The notes below the pieces were generated by a model that saw only the letters and a program-made list of their open reading frames with translations, had not been told where the DNA came from and did no database searches. From the NCBI GenBank assembly GCA_965153455.1, contig OZ234493.1, positions 23,364,213 to 23,428,212 of the forward strand: DNA of 64,000 nucleotides, in the 5' to 3' direction. Position 1 is the first letter of the stretch. Each line of letters starts with the position of its first letter. This stretch comes from Sphagnum compactum (Eukaryota). Shown here in pieces: positions 1 through 11,420 of the stretch. Position numbers and translations under genes: made by a program.

Positions 1-2110
1 ATGGATAGTGAAGTCTTCTCAATTACGGTGCGTGTTGCATGGCACCTTGTGCGCTACTTCTAGAAGTCCTGCCTTGATGTTCGGACGCTCGATCTCTGCT
101 TTGTACTCTTCAGGGTATAACCTAGTCACTGTAGGTGGAGCTGAACTACTTAGTACTTGTCATTTTAAGGTGACTTAGGCTTAGGTTTCAAGATGTGGCT
201 TATTCTATGAAAATGTGTGGAGCGTTATGGCAATATTTTTTCAGTCTTTAGAGAGGAGGTTACAATGGAACCAGAACTTCAGATTTCTTCCTTTCTGGTC
301 TTTTGTGGGGCACCACCTAGGATTTTGAGGTTCAGTTTCGATCCAGATGTTGGATCATGACATTTGTTGTAGAGCTGGGGATTTTGTTGGCTGGAAACAT
401 ATGCAGCCTCTTCAACATCTTTGGTTCAACACTCACAAGGGACAATAGTTTGCTCTTGATGCACTGGCTCAGGTGGTCCCATGGCAGGTCCTTTCTGCAA
501 GATTGACAATGTGATCTTACACCTTTTCCTGACACCTGCACAATTCTTTGATGCTAAAATGACTGGGCAGCTGCCATAGAATAGTTTGATCATCATGTAA
601 AGGGTTTTTTTGAGAGCACATCTGGAAGATTCTAAAAGATTGCTCATATCAAGGTTAGTCAGATGACTTGTGTCAGCCTTGCACAAGGCTAGTCATGATG
701 GTGATAGCCTTTCACTTTGCAAGTGCCATCCACAAGGTTATGACTATAGTCATTCTTGTCATGTTTCCTTCATGTTTCCTTCGCTGGAACTGAAGTTACC
801 CTCACAAGTTTGTTGCAGCTTGAATAAATGATACTTTTGACTGTTTTTATTAGCTATGTCTTCTGAGTGATAGCCAACACAATGATAAGTCATGCTGTTG
901 TTTCCAGAGATGTGACAGAAACCCAGGATGCAGATTCTGTAGATTAGTTTCCCTGAAATTTTGGGCTGTTTATTATATACAACACCCACCATTGTGAGCT
1001 GATGACATCAGTGGGTAGTCATGGCTGCTCAACACTGCCATTTATGATGCAGGTGCTGGTCTGATACTTTGTGAGCATCTCTCATGAGGTTATGACCACA
1101 CTCATTGTTGGGTTACCCCCAGAAGTGTCATTGTGGAGATTTCTCTGCAATCTCATAGATATATTGTGTAGTTGGAACTGATATGATGGTTATTTGTTTT
1201 CTCTTCTAGATGTTTTTGAGCTAGCCAACCTCATGGCTGAGTTTTCCCATTACTGCAGGTCTTGTGACAGAAATTTAGTAGTTGGTGAATGTTTGGCATT
1301 AACATACCCATTGCCAGGAACTGCTGAAGTCAATGGGGATGTTATGGTAGGTAGTTGATGCCATACATGTTGCTGTTAAAGGTCCCTGAACATGCGAATG
1401 ACCAGCGCTGTCATTCAAGTTGCACCTCCATTCTGTCTTGTGGTCTTGTTATCTCCTCTCTTTAGGGTGGGGTTTCATCTTTTGCATTCTTGCTGATTTG
1501 TTGTCAGCTCTGAAATATCCATATCCTTATTATACAGTGATCTCTTGGTTCTTTCCAGGTTGACTTAAATCATAAGTATGGAGAAATTTATCCATAAAAG
1601 TCCCAGCAATATATATGTGTGCACATAAGTGCTGAAAATTTCTCACTACTTATATTTATAATATTGCTGGGACTTGTACACTAACACATATGCACATGCA
1701 CACACATGTTGCTGGAACTGACAGAATGGTTACCTTTGTAGTTTTATGGTGGAGTTTTCTCTGCAATCTCATAGATATGTACATAATGCCTCAAATAGGT
1801 ATCAGATCTGGTTGTGACTAGGAGCAAGGATCTCCATTACCAAGAGAATCAGTGTGTATTACAGTTTTTTTGGCTTAGGCTGGGTGGCAGCTCTCATTGC
1901 TGGTGGGTCATAATCTTTGCTTGTAATTTGGTGTTGTCTTGGCTTGCATTCATGGGCACAGAAACTGGTCTGTCTGCACAATGCTTTTTTTCTCCATCAG
2001 CAATTTTCTGTAGTTCTTGTGTCTTCCCTTCTTTTTTCATCCTTCTTTTTGCTCTCCGTTCAGTCACCTGGTTTTTACCTCTTTAGATTTGACTATTGTT
2101 GGAAGCAGAG

Positions 2111-2536
2111 ATGGCGCATGAGATTGGAGCTCCAGATTTGGTGTTCAGCAGGCAGAAGCAGTTTCAGGCTATTCATAAGTTGACTCATTTGAAGGGTCCA
2201 TATGACAGAGTGTCATCTGTCATCATACCTGGCATTCTGTTGGCAACCTGCTGCACTCTTGTGGTATGTCATCCCCATTGTCGTGTAGTATATTTTGCAC
2301 CTGCTGTGGTTGTGTCCTTGTCTGTCCTTGTCTGTCCTAAATTGAGCATATTGCAGAAATACATTCTACAGAAGATAGTGTTGGCCTCTGAATCTGATGT
2401 CTAGAGCCAAAAAGGTTATGGCAGATAAGAATTCCAATTTGGTGCAGAAATTATCTTTCATGTATCTGTGCTTGAACTGCAGGGACGAGGTATTTATCAT
2501 TTGGCAACAGGAACAGGGTTGAAGGGGGGAGCTTGA
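2111..2536 (+). CDS. Plant cytochrome c oxidase subunit VIIa-like small protein, 68 aa; exons 2111-2263 and 2483-2536
   Basis: Exon 1 MAHEIGAPDLVFSRQKQFQAIHKLTHLKGPYDRVSSVIIPGILLATCCTLV, phase-0 GT..CAG intron, exon 2 GRGIYHLATGTGLKGGA*. Matches the recalled plant COX7a pattern FQSI..HTYLKGP.DKITSV.IP, one TM helix, G.GIY.M..G.GK. Exon 2 is absent from the ORF track. Confidence 0.85.
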
Positions 2537-5500
2537 CATTAGAAGATGTAGCTTCAAATGTGAGGGAGGGAGAATGCAAGACCAGAAACCAGAATTTGTT
2601 TTCTGTGCATAACTATGACTTGAATTGTGCATCAATGTATTTTGATAAATGAGGTCGGAGCATTTACCAGGCGTCTCTGTCTAATGATTTGAATTATCCA
2701 TTCTATGTACAGAAACAGTCTGGCTCTTAAATAAAAATTACCCAACAATAACTCTGGCACATAAAGACTTTTTCAGTTGCTATGCACATTTTCAAGGTAC
2801 AAAGGAGGCCCTAAATATGGAGTTGGTATGAGCAGGAAAGTCCTTTTAACTGATTGAACAATATGGGCAGTGATATCTGATAATTTGTTTGTTGTAGGTG
2901 AATGTTAATCAATGTTGATTAACTCTCAGGTGCCCTGACTGTGAATCAAAGTTGGTTGTGAAAGCTTGTTGAAGTAAGATTCCACTTGAACACCGTTGCA
3001 TATTTTGTGATTGACAAATGAATCCCATTTCAATTTCTGTTGTATGCTTTATGCAATCCTATTGTTGGAACCAGACCCAACTTGCCTTGTGTTTTGTGAT
3101 TTGGTCAAATTTTAACATGAAGTTCATTTCATTTTCCATTCTCTTATTACAATCCTGTTGTTGAAGCAAGACCTCAACTGAATTTATCCATGTTTCAACA
3201 AATTTTAATGCAAGATTGTTTGATTTGGTTTCCATAGTATGATATCACAGGATCAAGATTGAAAACTGCCTTGGTAAAGCATTGTTTCTTTTGCATTGTG
3301 CTCACCAAGGTGGTAACGGCTTCTTTGCACCTGCCTAATCCTCCAAGGTCCAAGATGCAATCTGAATTGCTTTTCTGGGCGGAGCCCAGATTCCTGTGGA
3401 AACTCTTTTTTCTGCTATTTCTGTCTCTCAGGTAGTTTGGTCTTCCCTAGGGGGCTGCATGTATTCATCTAGGGAACCCTTTTTTAATTTCCAATTTGAC
3501 AACCCCTACCCCCTGGTGTGTTTTCACCTGGCCATATGGATTCTTTGGGCTGCATCCAGTCTTCTATGGTAAAATGAGAGGTTTGTCATTTGCACATTGT
3601 GTGTGTGTGTCCAATTTCCTAATTACATCGAGAATGAAGACCTGGCTGTTTTTTATTAGTGTTACCTGGATGAAGTTCAGGCTTTAAATGGCATGAAACC
3701 ATTATCAAACATGGATTTAAACTTCATATCTTCAATGAGCTTGACTGCCTATTTATCAGTGCTTCACCTTCACTGTCATCAGTTGTCTCTCACTGTCCTT
3801 AAGCAATTAGGGAACTCTTTGGATTCCAATTCTACAATGGGGAATCAGGATACCTGTATTTCAGCCAGTCTCCCATCAGGCTGCACTGAGACCTTCGATT
3901 TTAACTGCTCAGCATATCAAGTACTATCTGCATCCCCATTTATCAACTGCATTACATTCAAGCTCACTGACTGCATTTTACATCACATCCCGGTTGAGGG
4001 CGTATAGCTAAATGTGTTTTCAACACATGCAAAAAAGCAATTCTGTAAGTAATACATCGTTGCTTCAGAAGGCTACAGTTCTGATTATGTTACTAAATGC
4101 CAAAGTGTACTAAATAATGTTGGTGGGATTTCTTTTAAACAGAGCTCTTCTCCCTTCCAGGAGTGTTCTAACAAGATTGTCAAGGTTTGTTCCTTTTGGA
4201 GCTGGGCTGTCTCTATATACAAAGGTTATGTACTAGAGAATATGTCCCTAGAAGGTGCCACCTACAGCGCATTCTGCTTCCTAGTGAGCCTTTGGAGCAA
4301 ATTAGGAGTACAACATGCTGTAGGGGTGCCTTCCTTGGTTTAATAAAGGAATTTTGCTTGCACTTCGTACTTATGTATAGACAATAAAAATCCCTGGGCT
4401 ATCTTGTTGTTACACTACTGCACTCCCTTTGCCCTTTCAAATTGCAGAATTTGCACTTGATAACAAAGTGGATACTCTGGAATACCAAATACTTCTAAAT
4501 AGGCAGAGGCAAGCCAAATCCTTTACCTGTTATGCACATATTGATTTAGTAGATATTCTTTTGTTGAATCATGTTGGGTAAGGGACACGGTCAATTGGTA
4601 TCTGTTATCTGGCTAGAAGAGCCCACAGGCTAGAATGTGGCCAGTTTCTCATTTGAAGCCCAGGAATTCTAGGCCCAGTATTGTAATCAGTCTTGTTCTT
4701 ATGGAAGCTTGGAATCGCTAAACTAGGAAATAAACTTAAGAGATATGTTGGTTGAATTTTGGCACTCACAGTAAAGGGTTGGATGACAGAGTATCTCTGA
4801 ACATCAAAAGTAGTTTGGATGCAATGCTGAATGGCAGATTCGGGGATCACAGTTCTGAAGGGTTGTGAGCCATTATCCCTTATGATGTACTGATGGGAGG
4901 GGTGGTGTCAAACTTGACATAATGTATGGGAGGATGGAGCACTGCATGGAGAGGCTTGGCACTCACTGCCAATTCTACTTGTAGACCCTGCTTTTATCAC
5001 CAGGAAATGGACCATGGACAGCAGCTGATTCTGCCAGATGTACTCCCACTACTGGATAAGCAGTGAGAGTGCACATGGCAGAAATCTTCCAGCCTCTTTC
5101 CTAGCACAGAAAAGGAAGGTGAGGCAATCTTACTGGGTCATTTGGGCATCTCTTTAGTATTTCCACTAGTCATTTCTTTGTGCATACCAAGTTTACACGC
5201 ATCAAAAGAAATAGACTCATGCTATTCCACTTCTTGCCAAATGGAATAGTTGTTCCAGTTTGGCAGCACAACCTGAATTGCTCCTCTGTTGATACTCTGG
5301 CTTCCCAAAATGATGGTCTCAGGTAAGTATCAGGTGTCAAACAAGTCCAAGTTTGTTAGATTCTGCTTTGCTCAGGACAAGTTAAATGCTAATATGATAC
5401 TTTTTCATCTGATGAGTTGCCTCAACTCTGTGATCCCATCTGAAGACATTGCTTTGCATTCTAATGAAACGTTCAAGGCACCCCATTCTGAAACAAAGTT

Positions 5501-7453
5501 TGCCCAAATATATTTGATCCCCAGTGAGATTCCCACCTGAACAGAGTGGTCCAAGTTCTGGAACTTAAAATTGCTGGCTGGCAGCTACCTGGAACAAACC
5601 AAAAGGCATCCCAGTGCTGATCAGCATGAACCAAAAAAGTGTTAAGAGATTGGCTTCCTTCTACATAAAGAGTAACTCATCTAGAGCTTCCATCTACCTA
5701 ACCAGTTACTTGTCCATAACTGAAAGAGAAGCAATTTCCACCACCAACCTGTTTTTGTTTCACCACTCCCTCCAGGATGTTGTGTGTTCTCCTTACAGAT
5801 ACCACCTCACACTTGTGTGAAAAACTGTTCATTCTATCAGGGAAACCTGAAGATTGTTGACAATGTATTTCAACCGGTTGGTCGGATGAAAGATTGTGTT
5901 TCAAGTTTCAACCTACGTACAGGGATGGGGCCAGAGCGAACAAGCACCCACCAGTGCACCATGCAGGATGGATGGTGTGTGGACAGGAAAAAATAAGTTT
6001 TCATTCTATTCCTGACCGATGTAGTAACCATCCACATGCAGTTTATTCTAAATTGTTCGAACGATTTAGAAAGTACTGGCATCTCATGAATTTACATCTA
6101 ACCATCAAAAGTCAATTGAATCTAATTGTTCACCATTTTGCTGGTTCTTTCACCACTGCAGTGTATGCATCCCTTCCAGGCTATTTAGACATCCTAACCT
6201 ACTCCCTCATCATGTTATCTTTTCCTGCACCTAGGTAAATCCTGTTTTGTCTAGCATTAGAAGCTTCACTCTTGTCCTTCAAATTCACTTCTTGTAATGC
6301 ACCGTTGTAGGTACCATTGTGAACAACTGGGTACAACTATTTCAAATTTTCAAGCCTCAAGGCTTTCTTTCATGGGGTTCACTTTAGCTGATGTATGAAA
6401 GACGCAACAAGTGAGGTGAGTTGCTTGACACAAAAGGTGCAGGAGAAACACAAATAACACACTCTCTGAGTACCCATAGTACAGGGGCAGCTTCAGCACG
6501 GCATGTCTGCAATATAATTAATTAAGTTTGAAGATTCCACATCAAAAAAGAACATTCCAAAAAGATTCTCTATTTTCACAAAATTTTGTTCTTAAAAAAA
6601 ACAGTACTTTTTGAAAATTTCAACATTTCTACAAATAATTTGCATTGGTGTTGGGATTGTTTTGGGAACATTTGGCCTATACACAGGAAAATTGTAGAGG
6701 ATGTAGTGGTGAAGATATAGAGGTCAACTCAACTCTTCTAGATGATGTATGTTTCACAGTATACGATTAGTTTTTAATGGTTTCCATATTGGTCTGTGTT
6801 CACTTTTACTGAGTATTGAGGTATTGTAGACTCAAGTGAATGCATAGCCTCATCTAAGCATGCCCCAACAGAGACAAGACAAAAGAGCCCTATATCCCAC
6901 CACCCACCATAGTATCAAACTGCTTATCTGCACAACTTCCAATTAGTGTACTTGTTTTTAGCTTCCTGCAAACATGAGAGAAAAGCAGGCACATGCTGAT
7001 TCATTTGTTTCTAGTTAAGTATCTACAGTTGCAGGATAAGAAAGCAACCGCTGCACCCCAATATTGAAGAGACATTAGATTTTATGACTAGTCCAAACTT
7101 ACCAACCAAAAGCTTTTACTGATGATCACTTGATTGCATACCATGCTTAAAAAGCAAAGCTTGGGGGCTAAATCCACTGTGAAACTAGTCTACAGAATCT
7201 CATCCCTCGCTTTCATCTCCTTTCCTTATCAAATCCCTGAATGACAGGTTCTGGAGCTGGTTCCTGTCTGGCTAGTCACAAAAACCAAGGGAAGAATGGC
7301 AATTCACACTGTTATTCACAAAATCAGTAACAAATGGTTTACAGGTTGCCTAATATTTCCGCATACTTGATTTCTATTTAACCCTGTGCTCTGATTGCCC
7401 CTCTGATGTAGAGAGGATAATCAGAAAAGATCATTCTCAGACATCCCAATATC

Positions 7454-9832
7454 CTAGAATGATCTGTTCCTGGTGATGGCAATTGGGCTTTGCACATCAT
7501 GGATTCCATCAGTCCAGGTCAAGTAAGCAAATTTTGTGTCGCTTTCATGGGGACTGAGTTCTCCCTGCCATTTGACCTCCACATGCAGTGTGAAAGTTTG
7601 CTTCTCATGCAGGGCCGTGAAAACAAGGATTTCAGGGTCTACTGTAATTGTAACACCCTCAGGAGAAAGTGTTGAGAAAGTGTAGGTAGAGTTTGGCAGA
7701 CCCACATTTGTCACAGTCCTAATAAAGGTGGCAGATTGTGGCACTAGTGCAGTTGCCTCAAAGATAGCTGCAAATGATGGATAGTTGAAGTTGTTTGGAA
7801 GGATTGCCGTTGATGGGCACACAACTGTCTCAGTGTTAAGCACCTGTATTTGTTTCGGTGTATAGTTCAAGGCACACAAGAGATCCACATAATCTCTTGT
7901 GACAATATCATACACCAATCCTGGATCATTTGCCTTCTGTGGCTGTACAGCTCCAGCACCAAAATCAAATGGTGATGAAACATTGCCTGTAGCTTCATCA
8001 GACAAGATACCTTTCCAATTGTCAAAACGACTTGCTGTGGTCATGAGTGCAGATTTGATTGCTGCTGGGCTCCAGTCTGGATGTGCTGCCCTTAACAGTG
8101 CACCGATCCCACTGATATGTGGGCATGACATGGATGTTCCTGAAATAAGGTTAAAGTTTACGCGTCTTGTGTCAAATGCCAATCCTGTTGGCCCTGCTGC
8201 ACCAGTCCAAGCTGCAAGAATGTTGACTCCAGGCCCAACAACATCTGGCTTCAAAATCTGGGGTGTTTCTGAGTTTGGTCCTCTTGAAGAGAATGAAGCC
8301 ACCACTGGAGCAGGCTTGACATTCAGCACAGTGCCTTCAAATTCTATCGTAACCTTTGGATCTTTCACTGTATGAATGTATGACAGAATCACCTGACCTC
8401 CATTATTGCCAACAGACGTTGCTGGTAGCACATGACTGTCTGCAATAAGACCTTCTCCATCAATCTCAGTGTTTGCAAGAATCATACCCGCACCTCCAGC
8501 TGCCAGGACTGCTGCTCCTTTTTCAACCCTTGCATTGGAACCACGCTCACACAACACTACTTTTCCAGATACAAGGTTGGGATCTAGTGATCCAGCCAAA
8601 CATACCCTAGCACTTTCTCTGGTGTTAAGTCCACTGTCATCTTCTTTTCCTGCATCTGCAGAGTAGATGAGGGGCAGAGGCTCATTACCAATTCCTGGGC
8701 CACTGTAGAGTGAGACTCCATGAACTGTTGTTCCATCATTGAGTAACACATTTGCAGGAAAAGCCCGATCTAAGGTGCTTGCTCCTACTGTCATAATCCA
8801 TGGAGCAATGTTGGACACTGTGAAAGGTCCAGGACCCTTGTTTCCTGCAGAACATGAGACAAAGATCCCTTGCTTGCTTGCCCCAAATGACCCTATTGCT
8901 ATTGAATCAATTGAGTATGCTACCACAGCTCCACCAACAGAGAGTGAGATAATGTCTACTCCATCAGCAACCGCTCTATCAAATGCTGCAAGGATGTCAG
9001 AGTCATAGCAACCTACTTCCCAACATATTTTATACACTGCAATCCGTGCAAGGGGTGCCATTCCTCGTGCCGTTCCCTCTGCATATCCCAACAAGCTTGC
9101 ATTCGCAACATCCCGGCCTCCAGCTGTGGAGCTTGTGTGTGTTCCATGGCCCTCTGAGTCTCTTGGAGACCTGTATTCCAAGCTCTCGTTCATTGGTCCT
9201 GTTGCAGCTTCATAGCCCTGGCAAAAAAACCTAGCACCAATGAGCTTCTTGTTGCAGGCAGAAGAGCTGAAGGCGGTCCCAGATTCACAAATTCCTCTCC
9301 AGCGTTCAGGTACTGGCCCCAGGTCATGATCACTGAAACTTGAGCTCTCTGGCCACACTCCTGTATCCAGAACGCCAATAATTACATCTTCTCCATAATC
9401 ACTTTCAGGCCAGAGTCCATTTGTGGTGCTCAACCCTAAGAATTCGGGCGTCCGTGTGGTGTGCAGTTGTTTGACACCATCAGGGTACAAGCTCAAAACT
9501 CCCGGCATACTCTCCATATATGAAGCTTCTCGTGGTGTGAGCTTTGCGGAGAAGCCATGGAAAACAGTGTCATACACATGCATGAGACCCTCAGGCCCCA
9601 CTGCACTGACTCCCTCGAGAATCTGAGCCCCTTCCAATGCCTGCAGCTTGACTGACTCCAACACTGAGCTGTACCACGAGGTTTTGGATGCAAACAAGTT
9701 GGATGCTTCGTGATATCCCATCTGTACAATGTAAGTCCGGGAGCGGCTCGACTCCATGGTTAATGGCATCGCTGCAGCTCCCACAAAAATAATTGCAGCA
9801 AAACACAACCACCCAATATACCTCCCTGCCAT
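7454..9832 (-). CDS. Subtilisin-like serine protease (S8A, SBT1-like), 792 aa, no intron in CDS
   Basis: Likely ATG at 9832 (MAGRYIGWLCFAAIIFVGAAA signal peptide). I9 prodomain (TYIVQM...VFHGFSAKLT), maturation site LHTTRTPEFLGL, catalytic triad motifs GVLDTGVWPE, GHGTHTSSTA, ISGTSMSCPH, PA domain, C-terminal Fn3-like domain. Confidence 0.97.
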   Translation of the reverse strand: MAGRYIGWLCFAAIIFVGAAAMPLTMESSRSRTYIVQMGYHEASNLFASKTSWYSSVLESVKLQALEGAQILEGVSAVGPEGLMHVYDTVFHGFSAKLTPREASYMESMPGVLSLYPDGVKQLHTTRTPEFLGLSTTNGLWPESDYGEDVIIGVLDTGVWPESSSFSDHDLGPVPERWRGICESGTAFSSSACNKKLIGARFFCQGYEAATGPMNESLEYRSPRDSEGHGTHTSSTAGGRDVANASLLGYAEGTARGMAPLARIAVYKICWEVGCYDSDILAAFDRAVADGVDIISLSVGGAVVAYSIDSIAIGSFGASKQGIFVSCSAGNKGPGPFTVSNIAPWIMTVGASTLDRAFPANVLLNDGTTVHGVSLYSGPGIGNEPLPLIYSADAGKEDDSGLNTRESARVCLAGSLDPNLVSGKVVLCERGSNARVEKGAAVLAAGGAGMILANTEIDGEGLIADSHVLPATSVGNNGGQVILSYIHTVKDPKVTIEFEGTVLNVKPAPVVASFSSRGPNSETPQILKPDVVGPGVNILAAWTGAAGPTGLAFDTRRVNFNLISGTSMSCPHISGIGALLRAAHPDWSPAAIKSALMTTASRFDNWKGILSDEATGNVSSPFDFGAGAVQPQKANDPGLVYDIVTRDYVDLLCALNYTPKQIQVLNTETVVCPSTAILPNNFNYPSFAAIFEATALVPQSATFIRTVTNVGLPNSTYTFSTLSPEGVTITVDPEILVFTALHEKQTFTLHVEVKWQGELSPHESDTKFAYLTWTDGIHDVQSPIAITRNRSF

Positions 9833-9848
9833 CTCTACAGACCTAATC

Positions 9849-10267
9849 CTGCAGAGATAGCGATATCGAGAGAGAGAGAGAGACACACACACACACACAT
9901 ACACGGAGGCTAGTCGGTTCTTGATGACTGCCAGTCAGGATAGGAGTCTCGGGAAAAACAAGTAAAAAGAATTCTTCCGTCTACAAGCAGGTTATAGTAC
10001 CCCTTAAATCCTGGACAACATTTGCGAGCTTCCCACTATAGAGACTGTTCACTTGGTCGCCCGATTCCTTACCCGAAGACTGGGAAGCCCGTTGGTTTCC
10101 CCACTTTTCTAAATCACAGTTTCACCTAACGGACTTTCGATCAAAGCTCGGGAGACTACTACAACTACCACCCACCAGACTGCACGTGATGCGTGCGCAC
10201 CGAAAAACCCACACAAAACAAGGGAGAATGTGAGCAGAGGAAGAAGAAAAGAGGGTCCTCAACTTAC
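9849..10267 (-). other. Probable 5'-UTR intron of the subtilase
   Basis: Minus-strand donor TTG|GTAAGT at 10267 (alternative CGG|GTAAGG at 10072) and acceptor CTCTGCAG ending at 9849, 16 nt before the ATG. Confidence 0.55.
9868..9904. repeat. Compound (GA)n(CA)n microsatellite
   Basis: Directly visible; reads (TG)n(TC)n just upstream of the subtilase UTR-intron acceptor. Confidence 0.95.
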
Positions 10268-10472
10268 CAAATCAAGATAAAGCGCTGGCAAAAGCACTCT
10301 TCTCAGGAACGAATCAGAATACCCAAAAACAGACACAGGCAACTAATTCACCTTGTTCACATATTTATGCGCTCCACTGCTAGAAAAGCTCTCTCGTCGC
10401 GATCTTTTGTGTTCCAAGAAACGTTGCGTCGATGATTACACGCCCGCTAGCATTAATTTGTCATCATTATCA

Positions 10473-10855
10473 TGATGTTGGAGAGACTCTTAGCATCAAT
10501 CAAGGTGCAATAGCAGCATCATCATCATCATGATATTGGAGAAACTCTTAGCATCAATCAAGGTGCAATAGCAGCATGATGATGATGATGTTGGAGAAAC
10601 TCTTAGCATCAATCAAGGTGCAATAGCAGCATCATCAACATGATGTTGGAGAAACTCTTAGCATCAATCAAGGTGTAATAGCAGCATCATGATGGTGATG
10701 TTGGAGAAACTCTTAGCATCAATCAAGGTGCAATAGCAGCAACATCAACATGATGTTGGTAGAAACTCTTAGCATCAATCAAGGTTCAATAGCAGCAACA
10801 TCAACATGATGTTGGTAGAAACTCTTAGCATCAAGGAAGGTGCAATAGTAGCAAT
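10473..10855. repeat. Minisatellite, 7 copies, period 55-58 bp
   Basis: Core TGATGTTGGAGAAACTCTTAGCATCAATCAAGGTGCAATAGCAGC starts at about 10473, 10531, 10586, 10641, 10696, 10751 and 10807, with short CAT/GAT-type linkers. Confidence 0.97.
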
Positions 10856-11204
10856 GCTTCGGTGCATTCCTTGCGGAAAGCCCATGATGATGGGGCTTCA
10901 ATGTGTCATGCCATCAAACTGTAGTTGGGCATGGCATAGGGATGGAACATATTTGGCAGCTTCCATGTATGGGCCTACTTGCAGCGTCAAACTCATAAGG
11001 AAGCTTTTGACACCAGTCTGGAGCTGGCATGACTCCTGAGAACTTCTTCCTTACGCCATAAGGTAGGTACTAAGGGTAAGCAGCCCCTTAACCAAACATT
11101 GACCCATGATCGAACAGGCCTCTAGTTCTGCTAGGCAGAGCCAAGGCGGCCCCTTATTTTGAGAATGCCCTCCCCCCAAGGGCTTTACGGTTTATTTATT
11201 TATT

Positions 11205-11420
11205 TATTTATTCCAATCTTGTGATATAGCTGAGGTGGCAATATCCATAAAAGCTGATTTAGCCAAATTTGGATACTGAGCAAAAGGCAAAATTAAACAT
11301 CCCTTTTTTTTGGGAGACCTACTGGAACACTATATACAAATCTGACAATTTCTCTAGATTTTGTTTTTTTTGCAAATTGCTGGGTTTTTGGTGATTTTTT
11401 TTTCAGAAAAATCATTGAAT
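11205..11420. repeat. Copy of a dispersed AT-rich repeat family, probably a non-autonomous TE end
   Basis: The reverse complement of 11215-11275 (CCAAATTTGGCTAAATC..TATGGATATTGCCACCTCAGCTATATCACAA) aligns by eye with 35944-36000, 49002-49050 and 50262-50313. Confidence 0.65.

Noticed and set aside
900..1790. Short degenerate direct repeats (e.g. TTTCTCTGCAATCTCATAGATAT near 1140 and 1756)
   Set aside because: Real but look like ordinary local duplications in non-coding sequence, with no structure or ORF attached.
7490..9812. Overlapping and antisense ORFs within the subtilase
   Set aside because: Shadow frames of a long CDS with no independent motifs.
9833..9904. N-terminal extension MYVCVCVSLSLS of the 816-aa ORF
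   Set aside because: Non-ATG start inside a microsatellite in a probable UTR intron; the signal peptide begins at ATG 9832.
10473..10855. CRISPR array
   Set aside because: Linkers are only 10-13 nt, low-complexity and partly identical; no cas genes; eukaryotic intron-containing context. It is a minisatellite.
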